From positions 14,136,001 to 14,200,000 of the forward strand of contig OX597826.1 in NCBI GenBank assembly GCA_951406725.2: 64,000 nt of DNA, written 5' to 3'. A program made the position numbers and the translations under genes. The notes beneath the pieces are model-generated. The model worked only from the letters and a program-made list of their open reading frames with translations, did no database searches and was not told where the DNA came from. This DNA comes from Octopus vulgaris (taxonomy: Eukaryota). This document shows positions 1 to 12,897 of this stretch, in pieces (positions within the stretch are counted from its first letter, which is position 1; every line of letters begins with the position of its first letter).

Positions 1-903
1 CGCTAGTAATAGTAAACACATGTTTTGACCTCTGCTGACCCAAGGGGGGAGAATATTCTTTTGTCTTCTATTACTGACATCCTCACCATCTGTCGAATCA
101 ATTTATAGACCTGTAGAATTTGATCTATTCACCAACCTGCTACACTTCCTCCAACTATTTCCTTCAACAACCACATATTTATAATTACCTCAAGTGCAAG
201 ACAAACATATAAAATAACGAATATTTAATAAAATCTTTTAATAATAAATGTAAATAGTAATAATGATAATAACAATAGTAGTAGTGGTGATGGTGATAAT
301 GATTATAGTAAAAATAATAATAATAATAATGATAATAATAATAATAATAATAATGATATACTGCAGCTGCTAATACTACAACTACTACTAATCTGATAGC
401 ACAGAAATCTTAGGCCCAACTACCCTACTACCACTACGCCTCCTCTACTCCTTTTGCTATTGCTGCCACCACTGCTGCTACAACACGAGAGCAAAAGTAG
501 CAATAATTAATATAAGAACATCAACAACACAGGAAGTAACTCAAATCCACCACCGTCTGGGAACCCGTGGTTAAAGAATATAGCCTAGCTAGCGACTAAA
601 GTCAACAAAAATCTCTCTCTATATATGTATATATATATAGTAATTTGAGAAGAGAAATCGTATTGTAGGAAATTACCAGTTGCATTCTAATATCCATTTG
701 AAATTTTTTGAGTTTTAAGTCTATCGGTGAAAGTATTTCCTTACTTGATCAATTCTATAAAGAAGCGCATTGAGTCACTTCAAATAAAAGCAGACAAACA
801 TTCCAATAAAGCATATGAGACGGTATCTGTAAACAATACATATTGTTATATGCATAGATGCCATTATGTGTGCATGTTTCAAACATCTCTCCCTCTCTGT
901 CTT

Positions 904-935
<32 letters not shown>

Positions 936-936
936 G

Positions 937-1135
937 TTAATCCAAACAAGAAAACACAGAAAAAAAAGAGAGAAAAAAAAGAGAAAAAAACACAGCAACG
1001 CAGGACGTGGAACAATTAAAGTATTATTGACGCTCAGGAAAGAAGGGAAGGAGGGTTTAACGTTTCGAGCGGAGCTCTTCGTCGGAAACAAGGAGAAGGA
1101 AAGATCCCAAGGAGGGAAGACAGAGGAGACAATAT
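937..1135 (-). mobile_element. Short PLE pseudo-LTR-like non-autonomous element between (TA)n runs; same family as 37330-37540
   Basis: The reverse complement aligns by eye with 37410-37540 (GAAGAG...GAAACGT...GAGCGTCAA...ATACTT...AACT then microsatellite) and contains a hammerhead-like motif. Confidence 0.6.
1055..1089 (-). ncRNA. Minimal type I hammerhead ribozyme motif (variant core CCGACGA)
   Basis: Minus strand reads GTTT-CCGACGA-A-GAGC-TCC-GCTC-GAAA-CG-TT-AAAC: stem I GTTT/AAAC, stem II GAGC/GCTC, palindromic ACGT stem III, GUU cleavage triplet. Confidence 0.6.
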
Positions 1136-1159
1136 TTGAGTTGGTGGTGCTTAAGAGAT

Positions 1160-1224
<65 letters not shown>

Positions 1225-1954
1225 ATATATGCATATACATACGCATACATACATATATGTATGTGTGTGTACGCTTGTATGTAGTGTGTCTATCTGCGTG
1301 TATTTCTGCGTGTGTGAGTGGTGTGTATTGACATAAAGAAGGGGAATTGGTCATTAAATTCAAGTAAATCCTCACTTGTCGTCTGCCTATATCCTCACGA
1401 TTATCAGACTATTAAGACAAGCAAGGCAGTTTAATAACCGTTGCAGAATTGATTGCAGCACCATGGTGACTAACACTAGTCGTATACTAAGTAGACAAAT
1501 AGCTACAAGCCTTCTCTAGCGCAGAGGCACGTACTGAAATCAACTCTTAAAACGTTGGACAAAAATTAGCTATCGCACCATCTAGAGGAATTAATTGATT
1601 GTAAAATGGATAAAGTACTCCACTTTATTTATTTGGTTCACATGCGCACAAAATGTCTCCCTCTTTCCCTCTGTATATATATATCTTTCAGGTGGGCGGG
1701 TGGGGTGTTTGCATGTAATTTATAAAAATTTATATAGGTTATATTTAACCGATGCAAAGTTAATTGCAAATAAACAAGTTTGTAGTTCCTTCGATTTTCA
1801 GTATTCAAAACGCAAAATTAGAGGTGGGAAAGGTATGCGAGGGATAGGGTTGGTAGCATACTTTTAAAAATTTGTTAATTCATTTCTCACACCAAAATGA
1901 AAATAGACACCAATCAATATGTGGATTCGACTTAAAAATTTCGGGATTCCTCTT

Positions 1955-2024
<70 letters not shown>

Positions 2025-2047
2025 CGCGCGCGCGCGCGTGTGTGTGT

Positions 2048-2287
2048 GGTGACGCGTGGGTTAGTGGTTAGGGTGTTAGCACCATGAGTGTAAGATTGTG
2101 CTTTCGATTCCTGGAATGGGCGACGCGTTGTGTTCTGAGCAAAACACTATATTACACATTGCTCCAGTCCACTCAGCTGGCAAAAATGAGTAACGCTGCA
2201 ATGGACTGGCGTACCATTCAGCTGGGGAACACATGCGCCATTGAAACCGGGAAACCGGGCCCATGAGCCTGGCTGGGCTTTAAAAGG

Positions 2288-2292
<5 letters not shown>
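2048..2292 (+). mobile_element. tRNA-derived SINE (V-domain-like body)
   Basis: A-box-like TGGGTTAGTGG and degenerate B-box TTTCGATTCC; body GGACTGGCGT...GAAACCGGGAAACCGG shared with 7828-8123. Confidence 0.75.
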
Positions 2293-2332
<40 letters not shown>

Positions 2333-2621
2333 GGAGTAAAAAGGTTGAATGTAGATTCGTCCTTTAATTTGGATGTTTCCAAAATGGTTTCTAACGTTGT
2401 TTATTCATATTTTGCTGGTAGTTTACAGGCGTAAAATTGCGAATACGAAAATAGTACTTGCATATGATGTGTGGTGAATTTAGGGAGAGAAATTCCATAA
2501 AACTCAGCAGTTTAGTGAAAAATGGAAAAGACAAATTTCTAAAGTACATAACAGAACTGGCACCATGGCATCGAGAAATACCCCCTCTTAGATTTCAGGC
2601 CTCGTGATTATGTAAGAAACA

Positions 2622-3000
2622 AAGGTGGTGGGCTGGCAGGGCTATTAGCGCTTCGGACAAATTGCCTTCCATCCTTCGCGGTCAGTAAAATGAGTACGAG
2701 TTTAGCCCTCATGCTCCCAGAAAATTGCCGCACATGAAGAAAAACTGGAAACCATTATAACAGTATTATTATTTTAATGCCACAAGTCAATAGGGCTATT
2801 AGCGCTTCTGGCAAAATGCTTCATGGCATTTGTTCGGGTTTTTTTTTTACGTTTTCAGCGCAAATCCTTCTGATGTCGACTTCGCCTTTTCTCCTTTCAG
2901 AGTCGATAAAATAAAATATCAACAAAGTATTTTGGTCAAAATAAACGTCTATTACCCTTCTCTCTAAACTTATAGGCCTCGTACCAAAATTTGAAATAAT
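2622..3000 (+). mobile_element. Two diverged SINE family B fragments
   Basis: GGTGGTGGGCTGGCAG head and GTCGACTTCGCCTTT core similar to the reverse complement of 34899-35128. Confidence 0.5.
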
Positions 3001-4322
3001 TATGAATGTCATCTTCATCACATGGTAGAGTAAGTGAGGCACGTTTCAGTTTGAACTGCGAAAGCTTTTGTAATTATCATTTTTGAAAGAAGGAGGGTCA
3101 AGTTTTAATTGAATTTTTCTGAAATATTACAGATTGTCTTTTAACGAATGAAAAAAAAAATTCTTTTCTGGATCATTATACCGTTTTTTTTTTTTGTATT
3201 TTACGATCACAAATAGCAACACGTTCATAAAAACGAAAATAATTTTCAACAAAAAAAAAATCAAAACAGCTATTGTATTGTTACAAGGAACAGATACAAA
3301 GATATTGACATCCAACTGTATTGGCAAGACTAAAAGTACAAACAGCGTAATGCGTGAAAGCAACATTCCGTTTTCTGATGTTACACGTAACTCTCAATAT
3401 CTAAATATAGAACTAGAAAGAGAAATCTACAGTACATGTTTTACGTCTCAAAATACTATTTTCCTCTTTAACTACCTTATTTAGAAATGAAAAGAAGACT
3501 AAAAGTAAATATAAAAACCACACGTATGCGGTGAGAACTGAAGTGCCCCAGGAAAACATGTAGTTATTTGTGTCAAGAAAGGAGGTGCTGTTTCTTGTAC
3601 CTTATGACTCCCGAATCCCACAAAGTTATCCCAAAACTCTAAACTATTGTACGTGCAGGGAAGAGGACAAACGTATGGGTGATTTAGATTAGAAAACACA
3701 ACTGCTATATGTATGTTGGTGTAACATTCATTTGCAGGCTTCCAGTAAGAGAAGTATTAAGAAGCAGAAATTGGAAAGTAGGTAGTAGACAAACGAGTCA
3801 ATACCAATCAGACTTTGAAAGGAAATGGTTTCAAAAACCGACTGGCATAGAGATGGCTAAAGATCACAATAAGCAATGACATCCCATTATCTTGCAAAAA
3901 CGGGGAAGGAAATGATTTTGGACACGAGTGTTAAAATCTAGAGCAGCGAAACAGAAAGAAAAAAATTCAACACTAGAAATGAGCCAATCCGAAATCAAGC
4001 AAGACTGCTCAAATCAAAGCCTACCTGAAAGGAGGTCTTGATTTTCGGTGATAAGAAAGAAAGACTTATCGAATTCCGTGAGTTCTATGTTAAAACTACA
4101 GAAAACAAACTAGATGATATGCTGATTGAAAGTGAAAATATCTGCATAATATAGTTTATATAGAACAAGACAAAAACAAAATTAATCTCAAGCTTTTGTT
4201 CATTACTCTCCTTTCTTATTTCCCTTTACATATTCTTAAAACATGGAGCACAAATATCCTTCATGATAAAAGTCAGCTCGATGACAATCAACATATTTAA
4301 CTCATCAAAAATCCCTGTTTCA

Positions 4323-4610
4323 AGGCACCAAGCGAGCAGAATCGTTAGAACACCGCACAAAATGCTTAGCAGCATTTCGTCTGTCCTTATGTTCTGAGTT
4401 CAAATTCCACCTTTCATCCTTTCGGGATCGATAAATTAAGTATCAGTTGTGTACTGGGGTCGATCTAATTGACTGGCCCCTCCCCCAAAATTTCGGGCCT
4501 TGTGCCTAGAGTAGAAAAAGACAAAATATGTACCAGTTGACGGCTAGGTCGATGTAATTGACATAAACCTTCTCCACATCTGCTGGCCTTGTTCCAAAAT
4601 TTGAAACCAA
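4323..4610 (+). mobile_element. SINE family B with partially duplicated tail
   Basis: CAGAATCGTTAG...AAATGCTTAGC...GTTCTGAGTTCAAATTCC...CCTTTCATCCTTTCGGG...ACTGGGGTCGAT shared with other copies. Confidence 0.7.
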
Positions 4611-5229
4611 TATTCCCTGGTTCATATTTTATATCATTTTTCCATGTACGAAACACGTTTTCAAAGGTGTTAAAGAAGAGTATATATGGTGCTACGAATC
4701 GTACATCATGGCATTTAGTTTACGAATTTCGACGCAATTTCCATGTATCCAGCAAGGAATATATCACTAAAATTATTTTTAAAAATATTTTTAAGAGCTT
4801 AAAAATATGAAGCCACCAGTTCACTCTTTACAGTGGACTTCCACCTATTTTCATTTACTCTCTTCACAGGAGAAAGTCCAATCTAAATTTTGCTGTACAA
4901 TAATTAGATTTCGTGAAAATCTTGATGTCAATTTTAATCAATAAAATTTTCGTTTCAGTCTAATTTCTCAAAGATCTTTAACTTCTCTGGTATAACTTAT
5001 TCTCTGGGTGATGTGGTCCAGATTCGAAACCCTTTCGGAAATCAATTTACACCTCTTAAATGTGTAACAGAAATTTTAACGCATTCACCAGCAACTTGCT
5101 TTTGAAAACTCACATTTAAATGCTGAAAATCCATGGTGGACAGCGTTTTAAAAGATACATAGCATTTTTCATCTATTGAGGTTTGTGTCAAAATTCTCAT
5201 CTCTCCAGAAATTTCAAAACCTCTTTGAC

Positions 5230-6400
5230 TTTTTTTTTTTTTGTGTACATCGTACCTGATTATGTTCTCAAAGTCATTGCCGTCTTCTCCAAGCAGGGAA
5301 TTGAAAAGGAGTTAGCAGACTATCTGCGAACTGCGAAGTTTAATGCTCGGGGTGTCAGATATGCAACGCTTTGGTTGCTATTTGTCATGTCGGAGGAGAC
5401 ACGTATTTTTGCGAGCCAGCCCCTGGAGGGCAATAAAATTGACGAGGACTTGGGTCTGCAGGCTTCCACCCAATATAGACCCAGGGTGGATAGAGGACAC
5501 TATCCGTCGGTGTCTGGGTGGCAGCAGCGCCAATCTTGTTACCGGTGGCTATTTGGGTCAGGTCAAAAGTGGTTTTGACCCTGTGGACCCAATCAGCAAA
5601 TAATTTAGTCTTTCCGGACATTTTGACTATGGCTGGATGCAGATACCCGGTAACTCTTGTGAGTCGCCGCACTAAGTGTCACCTGTGCCTGCAACTTAGC
5701 CATATAGAAAAAAGTGCCCACAGGACCAAAGCAAGGTTCTGGAGCACTTGGCTGGTATGTTTCTAGAAGAGGGAATGGAGGCGTTCGAGTATGCGGAGGC
5801 CTTCTCAAAGAAGGGTCGAAAGTGGAAGAAGGTGAACAAAAATGGTTACTTACCGAGGGATCTTAGGGCTGAAGGAGGGGAGGTGGATCTCCCGGTTACG
5901 GAGGAAACCCACCTTTCTTCAGTAAGAAAGAGAAAAGAAGAGGAGGAAGAAGAAAAACGGGACATTGCACGCAGTCAGTAACACAATACCGGCATGTCCC
6001 CGAACTTTGTCGGTGGGAATTGTGCCACTGGCGGGTGAAGAGACATTGTCGGTGGGAATTTGTGCCATCGACACTGGAAGTGACCACCCCGCTCCTTAAA
6101 GGAGAATAATTACTTGTCTTCTACAGGAGCGGGGAGGTGGAGAAGGTAGTGGAGAAGCACCAAGAGGGAGTAGTTCTGGCCTGCACACAGGGTGCCGAAT
6201 GGCCTCCGCAGATAGCTGTGGAGGTGATAAAGGTACCCATAGTGCAACGGCTGAAGGAACTCAGAGAAGAGTATCGCTTATGGCCGGGTGGCTCCGGCCT
6301 GACACACGCTTTATGCTTGAGTGAGGCGTGGGAAATGGCGGTGTGCGGGGTCAAAAGCGATACTGAATTTGAAGAAGAGGACTACGGGTAAGAGGTAGGA
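5230..6400 (+). pseudogene. Decayed ORF1-like region of a non-LTR retrotransposon (L1/Tx1-like) with zinc knuckle
   Basis: GC-richer island with overlapping frameshifted ORFs; KCHLCLQLSHIEK fits CX2CX4H, followed by a lysine/glutamate-rich low-complexity region. Confidence 0.45.
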
Positions 6401-6599
6401 AAGCCTCGTCATTGTAAAATGATAAGAGGTTTAAAACCTCACTCTGTTTATTCTAAAAAGAACATTGCCTTCGAGAGACGGCGGTCGCAGGACGCCGTTC
6501 GCTTCTCTCATTCATATTTTTATATTCATTTCATCCCATTAATGTAATTCTCCAGCCCGCAGTTACTCTATGGCATGCCCCTGTGGCAAATTGTATGAA

Positions 6600-6930
6600 A
6601 TAAAGTACCTTGCTTACCAACCACACGGCTCTGGGTTCAGTCTCACTGCGTGGCACCTTGGGCAAGTGTCTTCTACAATAGCCTCGGGCCGACTAAAGTC
6701 TCGTATATATATATATATGTTTGTGTGTCTGTGTTTGTCTCCCAACATCGATTGACAGCATCGATTGATGCTGGTGTGTTTACGTTCCCGTAACATAGCG
6801 GTGCGGCAAAAGACCGATAGAATAAGTACTAGGCTTGCAAAAAATAAGTCCTGGGGTCGACTTGCTCGACTAAAAGCGATGCTCCAGCATGGCCGCTAGC
6901 AAATGACTGGCACAAGTAAAAAGGAAAAAG
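6600..6930 (+). mobile_element. SINE family A (tRNA-derived, internal TA tract), partial
   Basis: CTTGCTTACCAACCAC...GGCACCTTGGGCAAGTGTCTTCTAC...CTGGGGTCGACTTGCTCGACTAAA matches 54749-55211. Confidence 0.8.
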
Positions 6931-7827
6931 AAAGAATATCCCGTACATATGATATAACCTTTAGTTAAATTGCTTATATTTGCCACGTAAATAAGCGTGA
7001 ATATTTCACGGAATTGCACTTATGCACATGTGATAGGTGATAGGTGATATAAAAAATTTAGTTCAATTTAAAAATTACACTTTTCACTATCCACGCACCA
7101 CCACCGCCACCTCTACCAGCATCATCTACACCATCACCACCATCACCACCACCACTACTACCACTACTACCGACACCACCGCAACCACCACCACCACCAT
7201 CATCATCTTCCTCACACCTCTCTCCTCTTCTCTCTCCTTCCTTTCTGTCTCACCTCCTCTCTCTCTGCCTTTCTTTAACCTGACCATCAGAACATCAGCC
7301 CTCTGCTAAAATTATATTTATAACTCTCTCTCTCTCTCTCTTTATCACTTCCTTCAATTAACTTTTTAATGGCTCAATAAATATTACGTTCCCCCTACCA
7401 CACGTCATAGATGCTCTTTTTCTCTCTCCCTCTTTCTGTCTCACTTTTCGCCTTATCCTCTTTTTATCTCTCCTTTCCTTTCTCCACTCTTTCCCTTCAG
7501 CTAAACCCTTGAAAGCGTTACAATTACATCCCCTCTACCTCACGTCACGGACACATCTCTCTCTCTCTCTCTTTTTCTCGCGCCCTCTTTCTTTCTCCAT
7601 CTCCTTTCTCTAATCACGTGAAAATGTAACCGACAGGCTAAGTAACGTAATGACAAGCAGGATCATTATAAGATGATGAGTTGAAAATAATTACTTTGTT
7701 TATTCTTTGAGCAATATCTGTATAAATGTTTGATATGTATGCAAATAAAAGACTCCAATTTTTTTGATCCTTAGTGACTTTGACTGGGCTTGTTCACGCA
7801 TTTCGTGCGCCACTTCATATGTATTGT

Positions 7828-8123
7828 GGAGGCACATGGCCTAGTGGTTAGAGCAGCGGACTCGCGGTCGAGGGATCGCGGGTTCGAATCTCAGATCGGG
7901 TGATGTATGTTTTTATGAGCGAAACACCTAATTTCCACGCCGCTCCGGCAGAAGGTAATGGCGAAACTTCTGCTGACTCTTTCACCTCAACTTTCTCTCA
8001 TTGTTTCCTCCTGCATCTTGCAGCTCACCTGCGACGGACTGGCGTCCCGTCCAGGTGGGGAACCTATACGCCAAGAAACCGGGAAACCGGCCGTTATGAG
8101 CCAGGCATTCCTCGCTTAGGAAC
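7828..8123 (+). mobile_element. tRNA-derived SINE (V-domain-like)
   Basis: A box TGGCCTAGTGG and B box GGTTCGAATCT; body GCGACGGACTGGCGTCCCGTCCAGG...GAAACCGGGAAACCGGCC. Confidence 0.8.
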
Positions 8124-9030
8124 AAACAACAAAACAACAAATTTATATGTATTCTGATACTATCCCATGATTTTCCTCTGGATGTTACATAATATATCTT
8201 CAGATTTTTCAAGGACTGCTCTTGCTTGTTTGTCGATTTTTTGAATATTTATATTTTAATTGTTTCCATCTCTTTATAGTAAATTCATTCAATAGTTTTG
8301 AATATTTTGTTCCATTCATTGTTTTATTTTACTCTTAAATCTACTCAGCCACTAAGCTCTTACTTTTTCCTGCCGTATAAAAATTGTTATTTCGTTTGAT
8401 TAATTGTCATAGTCATTTGTGTCTTTTCTGTATGCAGTTGCTTTATATTGGATATGTTTTTCGATGCATTCTGGATTTCACGCAGTATTTCAATGTATTT
8501 TTTATTCATTTTCTTTCATAACCTCTTGAGTTTTCTCTTCTCGATTGCTTTTGGTCTTTGTCGTTCCACTCTTTATTATACACTTCGGTTTTTCTTTGCA
8601 ACATGTTTCAAAATGCAAATGAATTGTATAATATGTATTTTTAGGTCGCCAGTCCGTATCACTATAACGTATGGAGCATCATTAGTTGGTTGTAGTAATG
8701 CGTATTTCTAATAAATATATTCATTGTTGATTTTTCAATGTGAATTAATTATATTTCCAATTGTTTCATTAGTTTCGTTATTTCTATTATTCATGGCCTG
8801 CGAAATATATATCAAGTGTTTCTTAAAACAAATGTGAATAGAGTTTTGAGAATATGTTTAAACTATATGTATTCGAGGTTAACAATAATATTTATCGCTA
8901 ACAGAAATTATGAACACATATGCTCAACGTTATCAAATATGTGTATGACCAAGAAAAATATCAAACTTGATATAAAACCCTATGAGCTTATCTAAATAAT
9001 TTTACCGTTCTTATTATTCCTGTTTTATTT

Positions 9031-9070
9031 GACGTGTCTACATGTTTCAAGGCAGAGTCTTCAGCCTGTC
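9031..9070 (-). ncRNA. Possible degenerate minimal hammerhead motif
   Basis: Minus strand CTGAAGA-CTCTGCCTT-GAAA-CATG-TA has an intact core and palindromic ACATGT stem III, but stems I and II pair poorly. Confidence 0.3.
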
Positions 9071-10085
9071 GGACAGAATGTCTCTTTGTATTTATTCTGT
9101 CAATCGGCGCTCTGAATTCAAATTTACTGAGGTGGAAGTTGATTCCATGATTTCGGAATAGAGACAAACGTACCATTACCGGGCGGTGAATTGGGGAAAT
9201 TGTCGAAACTTCGGAGTGGATGCCTTGTGGTGTTTGTTCCAGTTCTCCGAGTCCTGACTTAATCCTCACCTTGGCCTCTTTTGGTAGTAGACTTTCCGGT
9301 GTGCACCACCATCTCGCAAATTTGTTGCCTGCATTAGTCTCCACTCAATTCTGATCATTGTTGACAGCTGCAAGGATACTCTTCAACTATGGTTTCTGAA
9401 ATTTTAGATGGTCTATAATTCGCCATAATTCATGATTCAAAGAAAAACATAACCTTCTCTACATATCCTTAAAGTAATAGTTGAGTATTTTTCCAGTCAT
9501 GAAACACATTCTTTAAGCACCATAATGCTATTGATTCAAGAGGACATTGGCATTCGTTAAGATTTTAACTCCATTTCGCACATTATAACCATCTTTTATT
9601 TGATGCCATCCCGATACGTAATACGTTATCCCTGTTTTCGTAATGGAAAATGACGTCAAGCTTATACGACGCCTAGCAATTTTTGTGGTTATATTACTTC
9701 TTTCAATCATTTGACTGCGGCCATACTGAAGCACCGCCATTTTCCTTAGTATAGGTATTTTATATGTCAGAAATAGACTCATATGTGTATCGCAAAGTAT
9801 TTCAGAAACGTGTTGAAATATTGTTAGTAGAGACGAGTAGAGATAGAAATTCATTTGGAAGTGATATATTTTAAGTTTGTGAAGCCGAGTTTCCACCAAT
9901 CAATATTCCAGTAATGCTAAATGTTTTACACGTCTTTCACAATTATATAATATTTTGTTTCCCTCATCTTTCCATTTGTTACTTAGTAATCCATCCGTCC
10001 TGCTTCTTTAACAACCATTGTTTACGTTCTTTAACAACTTTTATCTATTATTGAATGTATGTTAGCGCATTCTAATTAAAGGACA

Positions 10086-10087
<2 letters not shown>

Positions 10088-10116
<29 letters not shown>

Positions 10117-10268
10117 CTTCTTCTTCTTCTTCTTCTTCTTCTTCTTCTTCTTCTTCTTCTTCTTTTTCTTCTTCTTCTTCTTTTTTTTCTTCTTCTTCTT
10201 CTTCTTCTTCTTCTTCTTCTTCTTCTTCTTCTTCTTCTTCTTCTTCTTCTTCTTCTTCTTCTTCTTCT
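10088..10268. repeat. (CTT)n microsatellite
   Basis: About 180 bp of near-pure CTT repeat. Confidence 0.95.
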
Positions 10269-10304
10269 AATCATTATTATTATTATTATTATCATTATTA
10301 CCAT

Positions 10305-10603
10305 TCAGTAGTTTTATTTTTATAACGTGCTTTCACTTCACTATCGAGGGCAGCTCTGTGTGTCTTGGGTATGTGCTGTGATTTGTTGCGATGCTCTGAT
10401 GGTTATTGTATGGAAAGTGTTCTGCGTAGGATGTGTGCAGTGCCTAGTAGTGCAATTTTCTGTATGTTATATGTGTTTGTAAGTCCTGGCGTTTTTCTTA
10501 TGTATTTGTCTGAATATTTTTTTATCATGCCTAATGCACCTTCTATGATAGGGATTGTTTCTGTTTTTAGATTCCACATTCTAGTTACCTCTATTTCCAG
10601 GTC

Positions 10604-10606
<3 letters not shown>
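10305..10606 (-). mobile_element. 5'-truncated R4/Dong-like non-LTR retrotransposon 3' end (restriction-like endonuclease C-terminus) in (TAA)n
   Basis: Peptide KDLEIEVTRMWNLKTETIPIIEGALG...IQKIALLGTAHILRRTL is typical of RLE-bearing R4/Dong C-termini; flanked on both sides by TTA repeats. Confidence 0.7.
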
Positions 10607-10662
<56 letters not shown>

Positions 10663-10679
10663 CATCATCTACGTGACTC

Positions 10680-10830
10680 ACTAGTAGAATCGTAGCCGCC
10701 GGACAAATTGATTAGTGGCACTTCTTCCGGGTTTATGTTCTCAGTTCAAATTCCACCGATGTCGTCTTTGCCTTTTATCCCTTTGGAGTCGGTAAAATAA
10801 GTTCCAGTTCAGTACTAATATCGGTTTAAT
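10680..10830 (+). mobile_element. Diverged SINE family B fragment
   Basis: AGAATCGTAGC...GTTCTCAGTTCAAATTCCACCGATGTCGTCTTTGCC. Confidence 0.55.
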
Positions 10831-11095
10831 GTCAATGCATAAAGCAATATCACATAAAGCAATGGTGTTATTTGATATAACTTTAGGTTAGTCAAAATGT
10901 GTTTCTAACATTTTAATTTTTATAAGTTATTGTATTTGAGTTATAGTGCAAAAAAATTCTGGCTTTAGGTAACACCTGTAAAAACACTATGTTCCCTCAG
11001 TGTCTTCCTCTAAAAGACTCCCTAAAGCTTTTGTTGCAAAACGATTATACATGTTATCTGCATGTTTTCTAATTGTTAATTTTTAACAATTCACA

Positions 11096-11195
11096 CTGAA
11101 ATCTCCACTTCTGAATTTTGCAAACAATCTTCTACAAGTTGTTTCATTCAAGAATTCTTTCCCATAAACTGAGTGTGTTTCGAGTCGCTTCGGCG
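11096..11195 (-). mobile_element. Mariner transposase fragment
   Basis: Close match to 16350-16450 of the mariner element. Confidence 0.7.
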
Positions 11196-11307
11196 GCAGT
11201 GTTTCCTTTTTTGTATTTCGTTATATATTGTTTATTCGTCAGTAACTGAACTCTAAGTTTATAAGAGGCATATCTTCAACTTTTCTGCTCTTTAGTTAGT
11301 TTTCATA

Positions 11308-11714
11308 TTTCTTTATTGCCTACAAGGGGCTAAACATAGAAGGGACAAACAAGGAGAGACAAACGGATTCAGTCGATTATATCGGTCCCGGTGCGTAACT
11401 CGTACTTATTTAATCGATCCCAAAAGGATGAAAGGCAAAGTCGACCTCGGCGGAATTTGAACTCAGAACGTAACGAAAGACGAAATATCTATTTCTTTAC
11501 TACCCACAGAGAGGACAAACAAGGACATACAAACGGATTAAGTCGAGTATATCGACCCAAGTGCGTAACTGGTACTTATTTAATCGACCCCTTTCGAAAG
11601 GATGAAAGACAAAGTTGTCCTAGGCAGAATTTGAACTCGGAACGTAGCGGCGGCAGACGAAATACGGTTACGCATTTCGCCCGGCGTGCTTAACGTTTCT
11701 GCCATCTCGCAGCC
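11308..11714 (-). mobile_element. SINE family B, tandem/dimeric copy
   Basis: Two consecutive units similar to 34899-35128; head reverse complement GGCTGCGAGATGGCAGAAACGTTAAGCACGCCGGGCGAAATG. Confidence 0.8.
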
Positions 11715-11729
11715 TTAGTTAGTTTTCTG

Positions 11730-12700
11730 TTGAAAGGTTTATGTAAATCCTTGGGTATGAATATTATGGTTTTCAATGAATTAGAATTGCATGCGATGGG
11801 CTTATAAATCTGAGGTGTCGTGGAATTCCTAACGAAATCCGGGTTGGTGTTTTGGTTGGGTACTGTAATATGTTATTAATAATGCATTACTACATGTTTA
11901 AATGAGGATTGTGTATAATTCAAGAAAGTTGTCTTGAAAGTTTGTCTATTCTATGTAAATTCTAATTGACTTTTCCTGTCATGGCTTCCATTATATTACA
12001 TGCTATTATGTTTTCTCATTACGTCGTTCCGCATGATTTAATTTTTCTATTGTTTTATAAATTGAGTCATTTGTTTTAGGAAGTTTTTGAACTTCCCACG
12101 TATTTTTAATGCTTTGGCATTTAATTCCTTCTGATGCTTTCGTTTATCCTTTTACCAGCTTATATTTATTTTTTAAAATCGCTAGTGTTTAGCTTTTACC
12201 AGTTTAATTAATATTTCTTTCATGATTTTAAGATCATGTTCTTTATGAAATTAATATTTTCTCTGCAACTTCGTTTTTTTGTGGGTTGACAGTTTTGTGC
12301 ACATCTATTGTGTCTCGCACATTCCAACTCTTTAGTTACTCATGCAATTAATTTCCTGTTGAATTTCAGTTTTCCAAAACGGGATCTGCTTTAGCTGCTA
12401 TAGCTTTCCTCCATATTTGGACTCTTGCTTCTATGGTTTACTCTCAAACCCATCGCTTATATATTTTTTGCTAACATAGAATTAGCATCCTTGGTTAGCC
12501 TACTCGTTTTATATTGGTTTATTGCTTCGTTGTTTGTCTTCATTTTATACGAATATTATCTCTTTAGTATTTTAATTTCCTCTCTCATATTTTCTAAATC
12601 AATGCATTGTGTCAGTAATAATATTTTTTGCATATTTTTATTATTTTGCTGTATTAACTTTTAAAAAGTACGTTCCTTGAATACTGCTACTACATATATG
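11730..12700 (-). pseudogene. Highly decayed PLE (Poseidon-like) RT N-terminal region
   Basis: A-rich minus strand with remnants resembling ADK..NIYRI and K.H.PDF..NP..RLI.P motifs; many stops. Confidence 0.35.
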
Positions 12701-12897
12701 ATGAATGTTGTGTTGTCTAAATATTGTAGTATTGTGTGGACCCCGTGGTTTGTGTTGAATTATAGTGGCTTAGCCATATATATGTGCGGATGTGTATGTA
12801 TGCATGTATGTGTGCGTGTGTGATTTTGCTTGTTGACATAAGTCAGGATACACGCATGTAGAGTAAATAAAAAAAACTCACAATATTAACTGTATCG

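Noticed and set aside
7828-7900. tRNA-like sequences here and at 2048, 18640-18708 and 32665
   Set aside because: They have A/B boxes but no complete cloverleaf or acceptor stem, and they continue into SINE bodies.
11205-11250. CTGACGA...GAAA on the minus strand
   Set aside because: No stem II or NUH pairing; it lies next to mariner-derived sequence and is likely chance.
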